Source: the human T2T-CHM13v2.0 reference genome, Homo sapiens. From it: DNA of 64,000 bases. Each line of letters starts with the position of its first letter. The stretch's first letter is position 1. The stretch is taken from NCBI RefSeq assembly GCF_009914755.1, contig NC_060929.1. One strand, 5' to 3'. A model generated the notes under the pieces. It saw nothing but the letters and a program-made list of their open reading frames with translations, was not told where the DNA came from and searched no databases. Position numbers and translations under genes: made by a program. Positions 59,861 through 64,000 of the stretch are shown here, piece after piece.

Positions 59861-61304
59861 TACCATCCAGTATTTGCCTAAAACAAACAGTAGAACAATG
59901 TGGTATTTTAAAAAATGCATTTTGTTATCTGTTAGTCAGGGAAATGATCTTTGTTGACTATGCATTAAATAAAAATATATTTAGAAGTTAAATAAGATTT
60001 TGGCTCATATACATTCTTAATATATTTGATAATTTATTTTTTGGACCAAAATGAGGTGTAATCACTGTTCAAGAAAAAGCATATGGAAATATTTTGCTGG
60101 AAGATTAAGGATCACAAAAAAGATTAGTAAATTAGCATTACTATAAGAAACTTCATTGTTTAAAAAAATCTATCTTACAGGAGAGTTATTTATGCATCAT
60201 ATATTCATCATGCAGTTTTATTATTATAGAAATTTAAAATTATACAATGAGAGGATTTATGTTCATTAATAATAAATGACCTATTTCAAAAGCAATTGTA
60301 TTTTTAATCTGACCCCCTCTCTGTATTTCACCTTTTTGTATTGAGTCATATGTTTCTCTGCTGCTAAAAAATATATTTAGCTTCATTGTTCAGTAGCTAC
60401 TTTTCAAGACTATTGAAACCCATCAATGTATGTAAGAATGTTCTCCACTGCTTCTGTATTTTCTTTCCTATAATATTTATGGTCAAGCACTGCTTGATGG
60501 GAACCTAGTAGTCATTTTCAATTGGACAAAATTTACGAAACTTAGTTTGCTAATCATGTCGGTAACTATGACGTTGTTATCTTTCTATACTCTTTTTACA
60601 TTGCAGGAACTGAAAGCCAGAAAAGCATATTTCCCAGACTTTTTCACAGCATATTAGGATTCTTCACTTCCAGGTTAGATTTCACCAATGAGAGCTCTTT
60701 ATATGAGATTTGGTCAGCTAGAGAGATTCAGCAGTAATTGCATTTTCAGCAGTAGCAGCCAAATGCCTGGATTTTAGCAGGTGATCAGCATGAGATTTGC
60801 CAAGAAGATTCTGGCTGTTCTCTGAAAGATCAACCACTCTGATGATGCAGACCGCTGACAATATAAACATCGGTTCCTGTGATTCTGGCACTGCCTGATT
60901 TCTTGAATATTCAGTGGTGTGTTCTAGGATAGTTACTTTCCTAATCCTGCCAATAAGTTTTAAAACTTTATTTTTCTAAATAAAAAATTCTTCCTCTTTG
61001 AAGTACCTAGAATGGCTCCCTTTTTGAAAAACAACTGAATTCACACTGGAAAACCACAATGTACAATGCTGAGCATAGGGAAAAATATATGGAGATAAAA
61101 TACTATAGTGTGTTTGAGACATCTGAAATTTAAACAATGTAATTGACATTTTTAAAGTCAAATAATACTCTAAAAAGCATTTCCCCCCACCAAGAAAAGA
61201 TTTTTTATTGATATTTCTATCCACTATTTTATGATATCAAAAAATTGATACCTAAGATGAGATTAGAAATTACATTCTTCTATAGCCAATAATAATTTAT
61301 ATCA

Positions 61305-61743
61305 TATTTTCATCATTGCCACACTATTCAAAATAGGAGAGACATAGAATGAACCTAGGTGCCCATCAGTGATGGAACGGATAAAGAAAATGTGGTACAC
61401 ATATACCATGGAATACTACATAGCCATAAAAAAATGGACCCATGTCCTTTGTAGCAACATGGGGGGAGTTGGAGGCCAGAATCCTAAGAAAATTAACACA
61501 GGAACTAAAAACCAAATATGACATGTTCTCACTTGTAAGTAAGAGCTAAACATTGAGCTCACACGGACATAAACATGAGAATAATAAACACTGTGAACTA
61601 TTAAATGGAGGAAGGAGAGAGGGAGCCATGAGTTGAAAAGCTACCTATTGGATACTATGCTCATAACCCGGGTAAAATATATCCAGGTAGCAAACCTGCA
61701 CATATACCACCTGTTATCTAAAATAAATCGCAATTTTAAAAAA
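61305..61743 (+). mobile_element. L1PA16/L1PB-like 3' end
   Basis: aacctaggtgcccatcagtg...ggataaagaaaatgtggtacacatataccatggaatactac...aaacctgcacatatacc. Confidence 0.85.
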
Positions 61744-61981
61744 TGAACATAAAGGCATACCAATAGAAACTAACTAAAATGAAATATGAAGGGTAACAAA
61801 TAAATAAATTTTAAAAAGGATAGTATCCAGCCTTCTCCCATTAGTCTAAATGCTCATCAAGTGACCAAAACACTAGTGGAACATAGATAATAATGTGAAG
61901 AATATATTTTCCCTCAACTAGTGGCAGTATAATTCATCTAAGGAGAAATAAATTGTATATATAAATTATATGTACAATATG

Positions 61982-62322
61982 TCTCATGTGACTCATAGTG
62001 AGGTTTTGGTCAATGATGGATTGCATATAAGATGGTGGTCCTATAAATTTATAATATTGCATTTTCACTATACCCTTTCTATGTTTAGATACACTAACAC
62101 TTACACAACTGTGTTACAATTTCTTAAAGTATTCAGTATAGTAACACGCTATGCAGCTTTGTAACCTAGGAGCAATAGGCTTTACCATATGGCCTAGGTG
62201 TGTAGTAGGCTATACCACCTAGGGTTTTGTAACTACACTCTGTGTTGCTGGCACAATGTCAAAATCAGCTAACAATGCTTTCCTCAGAAAATGTATTCTT
62301 GCCATTAATTGATGCTTGACTG
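61982..62322. mobile_element. Tigger3a (Golem-A/MER7A) non-autonomous DNA transposon
   Basis: ttttggtcaatgatggattgcatataagatggtggtcc...cctaggagcaataggc...ggcctaggtgtgtagtaggctatacc...tgactg followed by TA. Confidence 0.85.
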
Positions 62323-62923
62323 TATATTGAATATGGAAGCCCTAAGTTTTCAGAGTCAGACCATAACCAACAAAATGATGGCCTTTTAGAGAAAGAAACC
62401 AAGGGAAGAATATGGAGATAACAAAGCAGAAAAAGAGAGGAAGATACCAGCTGTGTACAAAATGAATTATCCTTGGGACCCATAAAAATTCATGTTATTT
62501 TATACCTGAATACTTTGTGTGATTGAATTGCATTTGTGTGCATGAGTGTGTGTGTGTGTGTGTCCAATAAAAGGAGTAAATTTGGCTTCTGTACTGATGC
62601 AGGCAAACAATTGCTGGTGTGTGAGAACACAGATGCCAGGAGCGGATGAATACATGTCCCTGGGAATTTGCAAACATTAAGGAGAATGCTTTGGAGTTCT
62701 TCAGGTCAAGAATTTAAAGTTTCAGGTCAATTTTACCTAGATTTTTGAGGTGAACATCTCATAAATTTCTTGGCTACATCTCTTCATGCTAATCTTGAAA
62801 CTTGTCAAGTGCCAGCAACAGTACATTTTTTTTTCTACTCTGCACTCTGTTACTTAGAATAAAGGTTATCACCATTATTCTTATAAATTATTATAGATGT
62901 TTAAGCAGTAAAATGAATGCTGG

Positions 62924-63299
62924 TGTATGAGTTTGTTTTCATACTGCTATAAAGAACTGCCTGAGAGTGGATAATTTATAAAGGAAGGAGGTTTAATTAA
63001 CTCACAGTTCAGCATGGTTCGGGAGGCCTCAGAAAACTTACAATCATGGCAGAAGGTGAAGAGGAAACAAGCACCTTCGTCACAAGGTGGCTAGAAGGAG
63101 AAGTGCAAGCATGGGAAATGCCAGATGCTTATAAAACCATCAGATCTTGTGAGAACTCACTTACTATCAGGAGAACAGAATGAAGGAACCACCACCATGA
63201 TCCAATTACCTCCACCTGGTCCCACCCTTGACACTTAAGGATTATGGGGATTACAATTCAAGATGAGGTTTTAGGTGGGGCCACAGCCAAACCATATCA
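62924..63299 (-). mobile_element. THE1D-like MaLR solo LTR
   Basis: tgtatgagtttgttttcatactgctataaagaactgcctgag...cagccaaaccatatca. TSD gctgg at 62919-62923 and 63300-63304. Confidence 0.92.
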
Positions 63300-64000
63300 G
63301 CTGGTATTGTACTTTTCAGTTTGTAAGTCAAACACCTATTTTTTTCTGAGTCATTTGACAATTTTGTAATTAAATTATATCTAATTATTTTAATTGCAAA
63401 ATGATGACACAGTCTCTTAGTTGTTAAACTACATGCCTCAGTTTTAAAAAATAAATAGTAGAATATTTTAAAATGCTATCTTACTATAGTTCTCTAAGTG
63501 ACTCATTTTTCTGGGCTATGAAAAGGTATAAACTGAAAGATTTTTTTATTCTAAAAATATATATATTGTGGGTGTAAATACATAATTTGTATTTTCGCTC
63601 TGCTGTCAAAAAATGACTCTCTTGATGGCAGTCATTTAGGTTACTGACAACTAAGTTGATGTTTTTGCTTTATTATATTTCATGGGCAATTATTATTAAA
63701 ATTATTTCCTAAAATAGGTTTCCAATATAATTCCACTCTTTTGTTTCGTGCAATAAAAATTCCATATCAAAATTTGACACAAACATATTTCTCTTCTCAA
63801 AAGACTGAAAAATAAAATCCCAGAACCTCATACCAAATATGCAGCAATATTTTTAAAATTTGTAAGTCACAAGTTTAATACTTTTTGTTCTTATTTTTCT
63901 TTAGACTTCTAGAGTAAATATGGTTGCCAGAAAATTTTTATTAATGGACTTCCAACTGCTACTTTTCTGCTTGTCCTTTTCCCAAATGCACGTATTATAT

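Overview
This is primate (very probably human) AT-rich, CpG-poor genomic DNA, either intergenic or deep in an intron. I recognise no host protein-coding exon, RNA gene, CpG island or processed pseudogene. The long or recognisable ORFs in the supplied track come from repeats (Alu, L1 ORF2, THE1-int, MER52, Tigger1), and the rest look like chance ORFs. Roughly half the window is transposon-derived: 8 Alus (one near-consensus AluY/Yc1), several L1s, a full-length THE1A element, solo MaLR and ERV1 LTRs with intact target-site duplications (TSDs), an ancient ERVL gag-pro remnant, a near-complete Tigger1, Tigger3a and Tigger4b elements, and MIR/L2 relics. I find no evidence of a new biological system. 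The most unusual items are a 106-bp MER52 fragment that replaces part of the Tigger1 3' end 3.2 kb downstream of its homologue in the MER52A LTR (a possible templated-repair scar), an L1PA7-like element whose 5'UTR joins directly to ORF2 at a 2-bp microhomology, and a very young AluY that may be polymorphic. Subfamily names come from my recall of consensus sequences, not from a database search, and boundaries without TSDs are approximate.
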